From Clostridia bacterium (GTDB lineage: Bacteria > Bacillota > Clostridia > Oscillospirales > CAG-382), in the NCBI GenBank assembly GCA_017629175.1, contig JAGBXS010000079.1:1-55235 (forward strand): a stretch of 55,235 bases of DNA, in the 5' to 3' direction. This document shows, piece by piece, positions 9,394 to 18,850 of the stretch (position 1 is the stretch's first letter; each line of letters opens with the position of its first letter). Below the pieces are notes generated by a model that was not told the DNA's origin, did not search any database, and saw only the letters and a list, made by a program, of their open reading frames with translations. Both the position numbers and the translations under genes were made by a program.

Positions 9394-10603
9394 CAGAAAG
9401 AAACCCGAGATCCTTTCCCCCGCGGGGAATCCCGAGAAATTCCGTTTCGCCATCGATTACGGTGCGGACGCAGTGTACTGCGCGCTGGAACGGTTCGGCA
9501 TGCGCCGTGCGGCGGATAATTTCACGAAAGAAACCCTGGCTTCCGCCATTGATTACGCCCACGCAAGAGGCAGAAAGGTTTACCTCACGGTGAACGTCAT
9601 GCCCCACGAGGGTGAGTTTGACCAGCTTCCCCGCTTCATTGCCGAGGCGGACGAATTGAAGCCGGACGCTTACATCGTCTCCGATCCCGGAGTGATGGAT
9701 TGCATCAAGGCCAACGCCAAAGATCCCGAGTTGCACCTCTCCACCCAGGCAAGCACGGTGAACGCCGCCGCCTGCTGCTTCTGGCACCGCCAGGGAGTGA
9801 AGCGCATCGTTCTGGCGAGAGAGCTTTCTCTGGCAGAGATCAAAGCCATCCGTAAAAGCATCCCGGAGGACTTGGAGCTGGAGGCCTTCGTTCACGGCGC
9901 CATGTGCGTTTCCTATTCCGGCAGATGTCTGCTTTCCAACTACTTTGCGGGAAGGGATGCCAACGGAGGTGCCTGCGCCCAGCCCTGCCGCTGGAAGTAT
10001 TACGTACACGAGGAAAAACGCCCCGAGGACGTGATCTCCGCGGAGCAGGATGAATACGGAACCTATCTGTTCTCCTCCAAGGATCTCTGCATGGTGGAGC
10101 ATATCGGCGCTTTGGCAGAGGCAGGCTTGGACTCTCTGAAGATCGAGGGCAGAGTGAAAAGTGCCTATTACACCGCCGCAGTGACCAACGCTTACCGTAT
10201 GGCGCTGGACGATTACTACGCCGGCAAGCCCTTCAACCCCGCCTATCGGGCAGAGGTGGAGAGCGTTTCCCACAGAGAATACGCCACCGGATACTTCTAC
10301 GGCAATCCCCACGAGAACGCCAACATCGTGGGCAACAACATTTATCTGAAGGACCGCGCTTTTTTGGCTGTGGTGAAGGATTATGACGAAAAAACGGGCT
10401 TGGCGCTGTGCGAGCAGTTCAACAAAATGCAGGTCGGTGACAAAGCCAATCTGCTCTCCCCCGGCACTACGGGAAGAGATATCACCGTGGAAGCGCTGTT
10501 TGACAAAAACGGCCAGCCCATAAGCGACACCAAGCACCCCCGCATGGAGTTCTACCTCAAAATAGAAAACGCCAAGGCGGGAGACCTGATCCGAGGAATT
10601 TGA
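9386..10603 (+). CDS. U32-family peptidase-like protein (probable RNA hydroxylation factor, TrhP/YrrO type)
   Basis: U32 signature EAFVHGAMCVSYSGRCLLS. Overlaps the mltG stop by 8 nt. Confidence 0.9.
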   Translation: MTDRKKPEILSPAGNPEKFRFAIDYGADAVYCALERFGMRRAADNFTKETLASAIDYAHARGRKVYLTVNVMPHEGEFDQLPRFIAEADELKPDAYIVSDPGVMDCIKANAKDPELHLSTQASTVNAAACCFWHRQGVKRIVLARELSLAEIKAIRKSIPEDLELEAFVHGAMCVSYSGRCLLSNYFAGRDANGGACAQPCRWKYYVHEEKRPEDVISAEQDEYGTYLFSSKDLCMVEHIGALAEAGLDSLKIEGRVKSAYYTAAVTNAYRMALDDYYAGKPFNPAYRAEVESVSHREYATGYFYGNPHENANIVGNNIYLKDRAFLAVVKDYDEKTGLALCEQFNKMQVGDKANLLSPGTTGRDITVEALFDKNGQPISDTKHPRMEFYLKIENAKAGDLIRGI

Positions 10604-10609
10604 CTTACA

Positions 10610-11260
10610 ATGAAAAGACTTTTGCAAAAGCGCATCACCGTGATCGCAGGGCATTTCGGATGCGGCAAGACCAACATCGCCGTGAATTTAGCCCTTGCCT
10701 TGGCGGAGGAGGGCAAGAAATGCTGTCTGGTGGATCTGGACATCGTGAACCCTTACTTCCGCTCTGCGGATAACGAAAAGCAGTTGAAGGAAGCAGGGGT
10801 GCGCCCCATTCTTCCCGAATTTGCCAATACCAACGTGGACATCCCCTCCTTGCCCAAGGAATACGGCTCTGTGTTCGTCACCGACGAATGCGCCGTGATC
10901 GACGTGGGAGGCGACAGCGACGGTGCCACCGCCTTGGGCGTGCATCATCAGCAGTACGAAGCCTGCGGGTACTCCATGTACTACGTATATAACTACTACC
11001 GTCCTTACATTTCCGATCCCCGCGCCGCGGCCATCCTGCTGAAGGAGATCGAAGTCTCCTCCCGTATGAAATTCTGCGGCATCATCAACAACTCCAACTT
11101 GGGAGCAGAGACCACCAGAGAGGACGTGGAAGCCTCCTTTGCTTCCTGTGATGAGCTGTGCAGGCTCACAGATCTTCCCTTGGCGGCGGTTACAGCCTTC
11201 CCGGAGAACCTGCCGGAGGGCGGCGTTCCCATCAAGGACGTAACCAGAAAATTATTTTAA
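10610..11260 (+). CDS. divergent MinD/ParA/CooC-like (SIMIBI) P-loop NTPase
   Basis: Walker A GHFGCGKT (no KGG signature lysine) and Walker B-like LVDLD. Starts 6 nt after the U32 gene. Confidence 0.7.
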   Translation: MKRLLQKRITVIAGHFGCGKTNIAVNLALALAEEGKKCCLVDLDIVNPYFRSADNEKQLKEAGVRPILPEFANTNVDIPSLPKEYGSVFVTDECAVIDVGGDSDGATALGVHHQQYEACGYSMYYVYNYYRPYISDPRAAAILLKEIEVSSRMKFCGIINNSNLGAETTREDVEASFASCDELCRLTDLPLAAVTAFPENLPEGGVPIKDVTRKLF

Positions 11261-11306
11261 GAAAGAAAAAAGAAACCCATAGAAAACTCAAGAAAGGCCT
11301 TTATTT

Positions 11307-11519
11307 ATGAACAGAGTAACGTTCAAAACCGACCTTTGCAAGGGCTGCGGACTTTGTGTTCTGGCTTGCCCCAAGAAGATCGTTGCTTTGGAAGAAACCC
11401 TTCTGAACGCAAAGGGATATCATCCCGCTGGTGTAAAAGAAATGGATAAGTGCTTGGGCTGTGCCATGTGTGCCACCATGTGCCCCGATCTGGTTATCAC
11501 CGTAGAGAAAAACGTTTGA
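11307..11519 (+). CDS. 2-oxoacid:ferredoxin oxidoreductase delta subunit (2x[4Fe-4S] ferredoxin)
   Basis: 70 aa with two CxxCxxCxxxCP motifs (CKGCGLCVLACP, CLGCAMCATMCP). Confidence 0.85.
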   Translation: MNRVTFKTDLCKGCGLCVLACPKKIVALEETLLNAKGYHPAGVKEMDKCLGCAMCATMCPDLVITVEKNV

Positions 11520-11541
11520 TTTACAGAAAGAGAGAATCACC

Positions 11542-12606
11542 ATGAGCGAGAAATTGTTAATGAAAGGAAACGAAGCTCTGGCTGAAGCTGCCATCCGTGC
11601 AGGCTGTAAGCTGTTCTTCGGTTATCCCATCACCCCGCAAACCGAGCTTGCGGAATATATGGCAAAGCAGCTGCCCAAGAGAGAGGGTATGTGCCTCCAG
11701 GCAGAAAGCGAAGTTGCCGCTATCAACATGATCTACGGCGCGGCCTCCACCGGCAAGCGTTGCATCACCTCCACCTCCTCCCCCGGCGTTTCCCTGATGA
11801 GCGAGGGTATCTCCTACATCATCGGCAGTGACGTTCCCTGCGTTTTGGTAAACGTACAGCGCGGCGGTCCCGGTCTGGGCGGTATTCAGCCTGCACAGTC
11901 CGACTACAACCAGGCCATCCGCGGCTTGGGTCACGGCGACCAGCATGTCATCGTTCTGGCTCCCAACTCCGTTCAGGAGATGGCATCCCTCACCGGCGAG
12001 GCATTTGACCTGGCAGATATCTACCGTATGCCCTGTATGATCCTGGCAGACGGTGCGTTGGGTCAGATGATGGAGCCCGTTGACTTCGGCGCTCACACCC
12101 CCAGAGAGATCCCCGAGAAGACTTGGGCAACCAACGGCCACAAGAATGCAAGAAAGCACAACGTGGTCAACTCCCTTTACATCGCTCCCGAGGAGCTGGA
12201 AAAGACCGTCCTGGATCGTTTTGAGCGTTACGCAGAGATCGAGGAAAAGGAAGTCAAGTACGATACTTACCTCACCGAGGATGCAGAGATCGTGGTAGTG
12301 GCTTACGGCATCACCGCAAGAATTGCCAAGACTGCCGTTCGTATGGCAAGAGAGCAGGGCATCAAGGCGGGCTTGTTCCGTCCCATCACCCTGTGGCCCT
12401 TCCCCTCCAAGGAGCTGAAGGCTCTGGCGGGCACCACCAAGGCGTTCCTCTCCGTAGAAATGAACATGGGTCAGATGCAAAGCGACGTCAAGCTGGCCAT
12501 CGACTGTGCAAAGCCCGTGACCCACTTCGGCAGAACCGGCGGTATGATTCCCACCCCGGATGAAATCCTTATCCACATCAAGAAAGCAGTCGGAGGTGAC
12601 AACTGA
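11542..12606 (+). CDS. 2-oxoacid:ferredoxin oxidoreductase alpha subunit (KorA/VorB type)
   Basis: MKGNEALAEAAIRAGC..FFGYPITPQTE is the typical N-terminus of the alpha subunit. Confidence 0.9.
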   Translation: MSEKLLMKGNEALAEAAIRAGCKLFFGYPITPQTELAEYMAKQLPKREGMCLQAESEVAAINMIYGAASTGKRCITSTSSPGVSLMSEGISYIIGSDVPCVLVNVQRGGPGLGGIQPAQSDYNQAIRGLGHGDQHVIVLAPNSVQEMASLTGEAFDLADIYRMPCMILADGALGQMMEPVDFGAHTPREIPEKTWATNGHKNARKHNVVNSLYIAPEELEKTVLDRFERYAEIEEKEVKYDTYLTEDAEIVVVAYGITARIAKTAVRMAREQGIKAGLFRPITLWPFPSKELKALAGTTKAFLSVEMNMGQMQSDVKLAIDCAKPVTHFGRTGGMIPTPDEILIHIKKAVGGDN

Positions 12607-13355
12607 TGATCGTTTTTGAAAAACCCCACGCATTGACGGACGTTCCCTTCCATTACTGCCCCGGCTGTACCCACGGCATCGTTCACCGCTTGGTAGCGGA
12701 GGTTCTGGACGAGCTGGGCGTAGAGGGCACCACCGTAGGCGTAGCCCCCGTAGGCTGTTCCGTTTTTGCTTATAACTATTTTAACTGTGATATGATCGAA
12801 GCTCCCCACGGCAGAGCCCCCGCAGTGGCTACCGGCGTGAAGCGCTCCAACCCCGATCTCACCGTCTTCACCTATCAGGGCGACGGTGACCTGGCGGCAA
12901 TCGGTACGGCTGAGACCGTCCACGTTGGCGCAAGAGGCGAGAACATCACCATCATCTTTATCAACAACGCCATCTACGGTATGACCGGCGGTCAGATGGC
13001 TCCCACCACTCTGCTGGGTCAGGTTACCACCACCTCCCCCTACGGCAGAGACAAGCAGCTCCAGGGCAACCCCATCCGCGTCTGCGAGATGATGGCAACT
13101 CTGGACGGCACCGCTTACGCAGAGCGCGTTGCGGTGGACTGCGTGCAGAACGTACGTAAGGCAAAGGCAGCCATCAAGAAGGCGTTTACCCTCCAGCAGG
13201 AGAAGAAGGGCCTTTCCATCGTGGAAGTGCTTTCCACCTGCCCCACCAACTGGGGTCTTTCTCCCGAGAAGGCGCTGGATTGGCTCCGTGAGAACATGAT
13301 GCCCCACTACCCCTTGGGCGTTTATAAGGATATCACAAAGGAGGAACAGAACTGA
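12606..13355 (+). CDS. 2-oxoacid:ferredoxin oxidoreductase beta subunit (TPP-binding)
   Basis: YCPGCTHG and GDGD...GMTGGQ TPP motifs. Start overlaps the alpha-subunit stop. Confidence 0.9.
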   Translation: MIVFEKPHALTDVPFHYCPGCTHGIVHRLVAEVLDELGVEGTTVGVAPVGCSVFAYNYFNCDMIEAPHGRAPAVATGVKRSNPDLTVFTYQGDGDLAAIGTAETVHVGARGENITIIFINNAIYGMTGGQMAPTTLLGQVTTTSPYGRDKQLQGNPIRVCEMMATLDGTAYAERVAVDCVQNVRKAKAAIKKAFTLQQEKKGLSIVEVLSTCPTNWGLSPEKALDWLRENMMPHYPLGVYKDITKEEQN

Positions 13356-13846
13356 TGGCAGGCATTCTTTTGGCAGGCTTCGGCGGACAGGGTATCCTTT
13401 TCGCAGGCAAGCAGTTGATCGTTGCAGGCATGAAGAACGGCAAGGAAGTCAGCTGGCTCCCCTCCTACGGTCCCGAGATGCGCGGCGGCACCTGCAACTG
13501 CTCCGTCAACATCGACGACGAGCCCATCGGCTCCCCTCTGGTCACCACTCCCGACATTCTGTTGGCTATGAACAAGCCCTCCTACGACAAGTTCGTTTCT
13601 AAGGTGGCTGTGGGCGGTACCGTGGTGTACGATTCTTCTCTGGTCACTCCCGAGGAGACCCGTGATGACATCAAGTCCTGCGGCGTTCCCGCTACCCAAT
13701 TGGCAAATGAAAACGGCTTCCCCAAGCTGGCAAACTGCATCATGCTGGGCAAGCTGATGAAGGAAACGGGGCTGTTTGACCGCGAGTACTTCTGTGAAAG
13801 TCTCCGCGCCGCCTCCCCAAGGCAAAGCCCGAGCTGGGCGAAATGA
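13355..13846 (+). CDS. 2-oxoacid:ferredoxin oxidoreductase gamma subunit; 3' end apparently frameshifted (conserved-looking C-terminus continues in another frame to 13887)
   Basis: AGFGGQGILFAGK...SYGPEMRGGT is canonical for the gamma subunit. See the finding on the frame switch near 13805-13818. Confidence 0.8.
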   Translation: MAGILLAGFGGQGILFAGKQLIVAGMKNGKEVSWLPSYGPEMRGGTCNCSVNIDDEPIGSPLVTTPDILLAMNKPSYDKFVSKVAVGGTVVYDSSLVTPEETRDDIKSCGVPATQLANENGFPKLANCIMLGKLMKETGLFDREYFCESLRAASPRQSPSWAK

Positions 13847-13870
13847 ACGCCAAGGCGTTCACCATCGGCT

Positions 13871-14581
13871 ATGAGTATCAAGACTGATTCCGTCTGCGGG
13901 ATCATCGTTGCCGCCGGAAGCGGTACCCGCATGGGCGGTGTCTCTAAGCCGGAGATCAAATTAGACGGTAAAACCCTGTTCCAGCGGGTATTGGAGGCGT
14001 TTCTCGCCTCCTCCGTTTCGGAGCTGGTAGTGGTAGGCGGGGAAAATCTTCCCCGTCTGCGGCTTTTGGCAGAGCGGTATCGGGGCTCTATCCCCATTCG
14101 CTTCTGCGAGGGTGGAAAGACCCGAACCGAATCGGTTTTTAAGGGGGTCTGCCAAATATCCCCCGGAATTTCTTACGCCTGCGTGCATGATTGTGCACGT
14201 CCTTTCGTTACGCCCGAAATCATCGAAAGCGTGATCGAAGGGGCAAAGAAGGCGGGTGCCGCTACGGCTTGCTCTCCCGTAACGGATACCATCAAATTCG
14301 TAGACACGGAGCATTCTACGGTATACACCCCCAAGCGGGATCATCTGCTGGCCATTCAGACTCCTCAGGTCTTCCTGCGGGATCGGTACACCGTGGCATA
14401 CGCCATGGCGGTCAAATCGGGGAATACCTTTACAGACGAGACCTCCATGCTGGAGGCGGCAGGCGGCAAGGTGGAATACGTAAAAACCGACGCCCGCAAT
14501 ATGAAATTGACCACAAAAGAGGACATCCTTCTGGCAAGGGCGATCCTCTTGATAGAAAAAGCCAGAGAGCAAGGCTCATGA
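13871..14581 (+). CDS. ispD: 2-C-methyl-D-erythritol 4-phosphate cytidylyltransferase
   Basis: [14 protein letters not shown]-terminus, 236 aa, followed by ispF. Confidence 0.92.
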   Translation: MSIKTDSVCGIIVAAGSGTRMGGVSKPEIKLDGKTLFQRVLEAFLASSVSELVVVGGENLPRLRLLAERYRGSIPIRFCEGGKTRTESVFKGVCQISPGISYACVHDCARPFVTPEIIESVIEGAKKAGAATACSPVTDTIKFVDTEHSTVYTPKRDHLLAIQTPQVFLRDRYTVAYAMAVKSGNTFTDETSMLEAAGGKVEYVKTDARNMKLTTKEDILLARAILLIEKAREQGS

Positions 14582-14598
14582 AAAAGGAGTGTGCAAGC

Positions 14599-15078
14599 AT
14601 GATCCGAATCGGTCACGGTTACGACGTTCATCGCCTGGTAGAAGGCAGAAAGCTCATCATCGGCGGCGTTGAGATCCCCCACACCTTGGGGCTTCTGGGT
14701 CACTCCGATGCCGACGTGCTGCTGCACGCTGTTTGCGACGCCCTGCTGGGTGCCGCCGCCTTGGGGGATATCGGCAAGCACTTCCCCGACAGCGATCCCG
14801 CATACAAGGGGATCGATTCCGCGTTGCTGTTACGGCACTGCGGGAAATTACTTTTGGAGCAAGGCTACACGGTAGGAAACGTGGATGCCACCGTGATTGC
14901 CCAAAAACCCAAGCTTGCCCCCCATATCACCGCCATGCGGGAGAACATCGCCTCCTGCCTGGGCATCGGCATCGATCAAGTCAACGTCAAGGCCACTACG
15001 GAAGAGCATTTGGGCTTTTCCGGGCGGGAGGAAGGCATTGCCTCCCACGCCGTGGCGCTCATTCTAAAACAAGCATGA
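14599..15078 (+). CDS. ispF: 2-C-methyl-D-erythritol 2,4-cyclodiphosphate synthase
   Basis: [13 protein letters not shown]...[11 protein letters not shown] is canonical IspF. AAAGGAG SD. The track ORF starting at 14191 is an upstream extension inside ispD. Confidence 0.95.
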   Translation: MIRIGHGYDVHRLVEGRKLIIGGVEIPHTLGLLGHSDADVLLHAVCDALLGAAALGDIGKHFPDSDPAYKGIDSALLLRHCGKLLLEQGYTVGNVDATVIAQKPKLAPHITAMRENIASCLGIGIDQVNVKATTEEHLGFSGREEGIASHAVALILKQA

Positions 15079-15092
15079 GGATGGAAAGCAGT

Positions 15093-16286
15093 ATGAAGCA
15101 AAAGTTTATCGGAAACCTGATCTTCCCCAACGCCGTGATCAAGGACGGCGAGGTCTGCTGTGAAAACGGCGTGATCACCTACGCCGGTGTCAGAAGAAAG
15201 GATGACGGCTCTCACACCGTTTACGATTTCTCCGGAAAGTATATCTCCCCCGGTTTTATTGACGTGCACCAACACGGCGGCGGTGGATACGACTATATGG
15301 ACGGTACGCTGGAGGCCTTTATCGGCGCGGCGACCCTTCATGCCAAGCACGGTACCACCACCATTCTGCCCACCACCCTTACCTGCCCCGACGAGGAGCT
15401 GTTTGAATCCTTCGTCACCTTGAAAAAGGCACAAAACACCAAGTACAACGGTGCGTATCTTTACGGTATGCACTTGGAGGGGCCTTATTTCTCCGCAGAT
15501 CAGAAGGGCGCTCAGGACGAGAAATATCTGCAGGTACCCAACCCTGCCCACTATAACAAGGTGCTGGATGCGGCGGAGGGCTGTATCGTCCGTTGGACGG
15601 TTGCTCCCGAGCTTCCCGGTGCCATGGAGCTGGGGGACACCCTAAAAAAGCGGGGCGTTTATCCCTCTATGGGGCACTCCAACGCCACCATCGACGTGGC
15701 AAAGGAAGCCCTCTCCCACGGATACACCCATCTCACCCATTTTTACAGCGGTATGAGCACCATCGTCCGCATTGACGGATACCGCCATCCCGGCCTCATC
15801 GAGGCGGGCTATCTCTACGACGATCTTACCGTGGAGATCATTGCCGACGGCAAGCATCTTCCCGAGACCCTGTTGCAGTTGGTGTACCGCTCCAAGGGGG
15901 TACACAGAACCGTTCTGGTCACCGACGCTATGCGCGGTGCGGGACAGACCGAGGGCAGAACCATTTTAGGTTCTCTGGAAAACGGTCAGGAGTGTTTTAT
16001 TGAGGATGGCGTTGCCAAAATGCCCGACCGCAAGGCCTTTGCGGGAAGCGTTGCCACCGCAGACCGCCTGGTGCGGAATATGAAGGATCTGGCAGGCGCA
16101 GACCTTTGCTCCGCCGTATGTATGATGACCGCCACCCCCGCAAGACTCTTTGGTATCAAGGAGAGAGGCGTTTTGAAGGCGGGCTACCGCGGAGATCTTG
16201 CCATCTTTGACGAGAACATCCGGGTAGATGCCACCGTTTTGGGCGGCGAATTCATTTACCGAAAAGAAGGAGAAGCCCTTTCATGA
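15093..16286 (+). CDS. nagA: N-acetylglucosamine-6-phosphate deacetylase
   Basis: GFIDVHQHGGGG, HLEGPY and VTDAM motifs. Start ambiguous (15075, 15081 or 15093). Confidence 0.85.
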   Translation: MKQKFIGNLIFPNAVIKDGEVCCENGVITYAGVRRKDDGSHTVYDFSGKYISPGFIDVHQHGGGGYDYMDGTLEAFIGAATLHAKHGTTTILPTTLTCPDEELFESFVTLKKAQNTKYNGAYLYGMHLEGPYFSADQKGAQDEKYLQVPNPAHYNKVLDAAEGCIVRWTVAPELPGAMELGDTLKKRGVYPSMGHSNATIDVAKEALSHGYTHLTHFYSGMSTIVRIDGYRHPGLIEAGYLYDDLTVEIIADGKHLPETLLQLVYRSKGVHRTVLVTDAMRGAGQTEGRTILGSLENGQECFIEDGVAKMPDRKAFAGSVATADRLVRNMKDLAGADLCSAVCMMTATPARLFGIKERGVLKAGYRGDLAIFDENIRVDATVLGGEFIYRKEGEALS

Positions 16287-17554
16287 ATCTTTGCAGAACC
16301 CAGTTAAAGCAAGGCGTTGCTTTGAATACGGTAACCACCGATCGATTTAAGACGGCGTTCTTTACCGTCAATTTGTTCGTGCCTCTGCAGAAGGAAACGG
16401 CTTCCGCCTATTCCCTGCTCACCGACGTATTGATGCGGGGCACGGAAAGCTATCCCACCATGCAGGCGTTGAACCAAAAGCAGGACATGCTGTATTCCCT
16501 GGGGCTGGGCGCCTTCGTGCAGAAAAAGGGAGAAGCTCAGGTGGTGACCTTTGAGCTCACCGCCATTGACGACAGCTTTGCCTTTGACGGCATGGCCATT
16601 CTGGCGGAGGGCATGAAGCTGATGCAGGAGCTGATCTTCCGCCCCTATCTGGAAAACGGACTTTTCAAAGCTGATTACGTAGAGCAGGAAAAGAAGAACC
16701 TCTGCGACGATATCCGCGGGCGGATCAACAACAAAACCGCTTACGCAAGAAGCCGCTGTGTGGAGATCATGTGTGAAGGCGAGCCCTACGCCGTGGATCA
16801 CGGCGGCAACGTGGAGGATGTGGAGGCCTTAACCCCCGCTTCTCTGCTGGAGGCCTACCGCAACCTTTTGGCAAGTGCAAGAGTGGAAATGTTCTACGTT
16901 GGCAGAAAGTCCGGTGAGGAGCTTGCCGCCCTTTGCAGCACTTATCTGGATTTTGATCCCCGTGACGCGGCATTCCCCGTCACTGTTCCCGGTGCTCTGC
17001 CGGAAAACTCCCGTACCGTCACCGAGCAGATGCGGATCTCTCAGTGCAAGCTGACCATGGGCTTCCGCACGGAATACGTTCTGCAAAACGGCAACTTCCC
17101 CTCCATGGCGTTGTTCAACGAGATCTTCGGCGGCGCGCCCACCAGCCGTTTGTTTATGAACGTCCGGGAAAAGCAAAGCCTTTGCTACTATTGCTCCAGC
17201 TTCCCCGACGGATTGAAGGGGCTTTTGATGGTGGTCAGCGGTATCGAGCAGAAGAATAAAGAGAAGACCTTAAACGCTGTTTTGGAGCAGTTGGAGGATC
17301 TGAAGCAGGGCAATGTCTCCGATGAAGAGCTGGAAAACGCCCGCCGTTCCCTGCGAAACGGCTATCGCGAGATCACCGACAGTCCTGCCGCCATCGCTTC
17401 CTGGTATTTGGGCAGAATTTCCACCGGACGGTACGATTCCCCCGAGGATGCCATTGCCGCCATGGAACAGATCACCAAGGAAGACGTGGTGACCGTGGCA
17501 AACAGCGTTCGGCTGGATACCGTATACTTCCTGGAAGGAGGGGAACAAGCATGA
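16283..17554 (+). CDS. M16B-family peptidase-like protein lacking the zinc motif (non-catalytic partner)
   Basis: Insulinase-like length and architecture. The HxxEH position reads LLTDV. ATGA overlap with nagA. Confidence 0.85.
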   Translation: MNLCRTQLKQGVALNTVTTDRFKTAFFTVNLFVPLQKETASAYSLLTDVLMRGTESYPTMQALNQKQDMLYSLGLGAFVQKKGEAQVVTFELTAIDDSFAFDGMAILAEGMKLMQELIFRPYLENGLFKADYVEQEKKNLCDDIRGRINNKTAYARSRCVEIMCEGEPYAVDHGGNVEDVEALTPASLLEAYRNLLASARVEMFYVGRKSGEELAALCSTYLDFDPRDAAFPVTVPGALPENSRTVTEQMRISQCKLTMGFRTEYVLQNGNFPSMALFNEIFGGAPTSRLFMNVREKQSLCYYCSSFPDGLKGLLMVVSGIEQKNKEKTLNAVLEQLEDLKQGNVSDEELENARRSLRNGYREITDSPAAIASWYLGRISTGRYDSPEDAIAAMEQITKEDVVTVANSVRLDTVYFLEGGEQA

Positions 17555-18849
17555 AGGAATTCCAAAAGGTCTGTGACAGCACCGTGGGAGAATCCTATTT
17601 CTACCGCATCCACGAAAGCGGTCTGCCCCTCTACGTGATTCCTAAGAAGCATTCCGCTACCTTTGCCATGTTCGGCACACAGTACGGCTCTATTGACTGC
17701 AAGTTCAAAACGGACAAGGATGCGGATTATCTGGAGCTTCCCGACGGCGTGGCACATTTCTTAGAGCATAAAATGTTTGAGGATGAAAACGGCGTGGATG
17801 CCTTTACCCGCTATGCGGAGACCGGGGCTTCTGCCAACGCCTTCACCTCCTTTGACCGCACCTGCTATCTGTTCTCCTGCACTGAGGGCTTTGACCAAAA
17901 TCTGGAGATCCTGTTGGATTTTGTGTCCCATCCCTATTTCACCGCGGAAACGGTGAAGAAGGAGCAGGGCATCATCGGTGAAGAGATCGCCATGTATGAC
18001 GATAACCCCGGCTGGTGCGTGTTCTTCAACCTGCTGAAGTGTCTGTATAAAAACCATCCCATCCGCCAAAGCATCGTGGGCACGCGGGACTCCATCGCAC
18101 AGATCACCCCCGAGATGCTTTACCGCTGTACGGATACCTTCTACAACCTGCGAAACATGGTGCTCATCGTCTGCGGAGACGTGACCCCCGATCAGGTGAA
18201 CGCGGTGTGCGACAAAATGCTCACAAAAGAAGCCCCCGTGGTAAATATCGAGCGTGTCTTCCCGGAAGAGCCGGAGGAGATCAACATGCCTTACGCGGAG
18301 GATTTCTTTGAGATCTCCCAGCCCATGGTGGAGATCGGGTTCAAGGACATTCCCGCAGAAGACCCGGAGGAGCGGATCCGCATTTCCGCGGCCAACGCCA
18401 TCAACATGCAGCTGCTCTTCGGCAAATCCGGGGAATTCTACAACCGCCTTTACGAGAGCGGGCTGATCAGTGATAAGTTCGGCGGTGCTTACGCTCAGGA
18501 ACGTACGGCGGCGTTTACGGAGGTCTCCGCGCTGTGTAACGACCCCCACGCCTTGAAAAATGCGGTATGCGCAGAGATCGAAAAACGCAGAGAAAGCTAC
18601 TTCACTCCCGAGGAATTCGAGATCGCCAAGCGGGTGGTGTACGCCAACAATCTGTTCAATTTTGATTCCACCGACGATATTGCCAACACCTTCATGACCT
18701 TCTGGCAGAACGGCGGCGACTATCTTTCCTATTCCTCCTGCCTTTCCAAGATCGGCTACGAGGAAGCCTGGGAGGTTCTGCGCCGTACCGTTCGTACCGA
18801 CCGTTGTGCCATGAGCGTGGTTTACCCCAAAGAAGGAAAGGATGAATGA
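17551..18849 (+). CDS. M16B-family zinc peptidase (catalytic subunit)
   Basis: HFLEH inverted zinc motif. ATGA overlap with the preceding M16 gene. Confidence 0.88.
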   Translation: MKEFQKVCDSTVGESYFYRIHESGLPLYVIPKKHSATFAMFGTQYGSIDCKFKTDKDADYLELPDGVAHFLEHKMFEDENGVDAFTRYAETGASANAFTSFDRTCYLFSCTEGFDQNLEILLDFVSHPYFTAETVKKEQGIIGEEIAMYDDNPGWCVFFNLLKCLYKNHPIRQSIVGTRDSIAQITPEMLYRCTDTFYNLRNMVLIVCGDVTPDQVNAVCDKMLTKEAPVVNIERVFPEEPEEINMPYAEDFFEISQPMVEIGFKDIPAEDPEERIRISAANAINMQLLFGKSGEFYNRLYESGLISDKFGGAYAQERTAAFTEVSALCNDPHALKNAVCAEIEKRRESYFTPEEFEIAKRVVYANNLFNFDSTDDIANTFMTFWQNGGDYLSYSSCLSKIGYEEAWEVLRRTVRTDRCAMSVVYPKEGKDE

Positions 18850-18850
18850 T

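Noticed and set aside
14191-16286. Long N-terminal extensions of the ispF and nagA ORFs (track ORFs 14191..15078 and 14733..16286)
   Set aside because: The extensions overlap ispD and ispF in other frames and are R/G-rich. Canonical N-termini with SDs occur at 14599 and around 15093.
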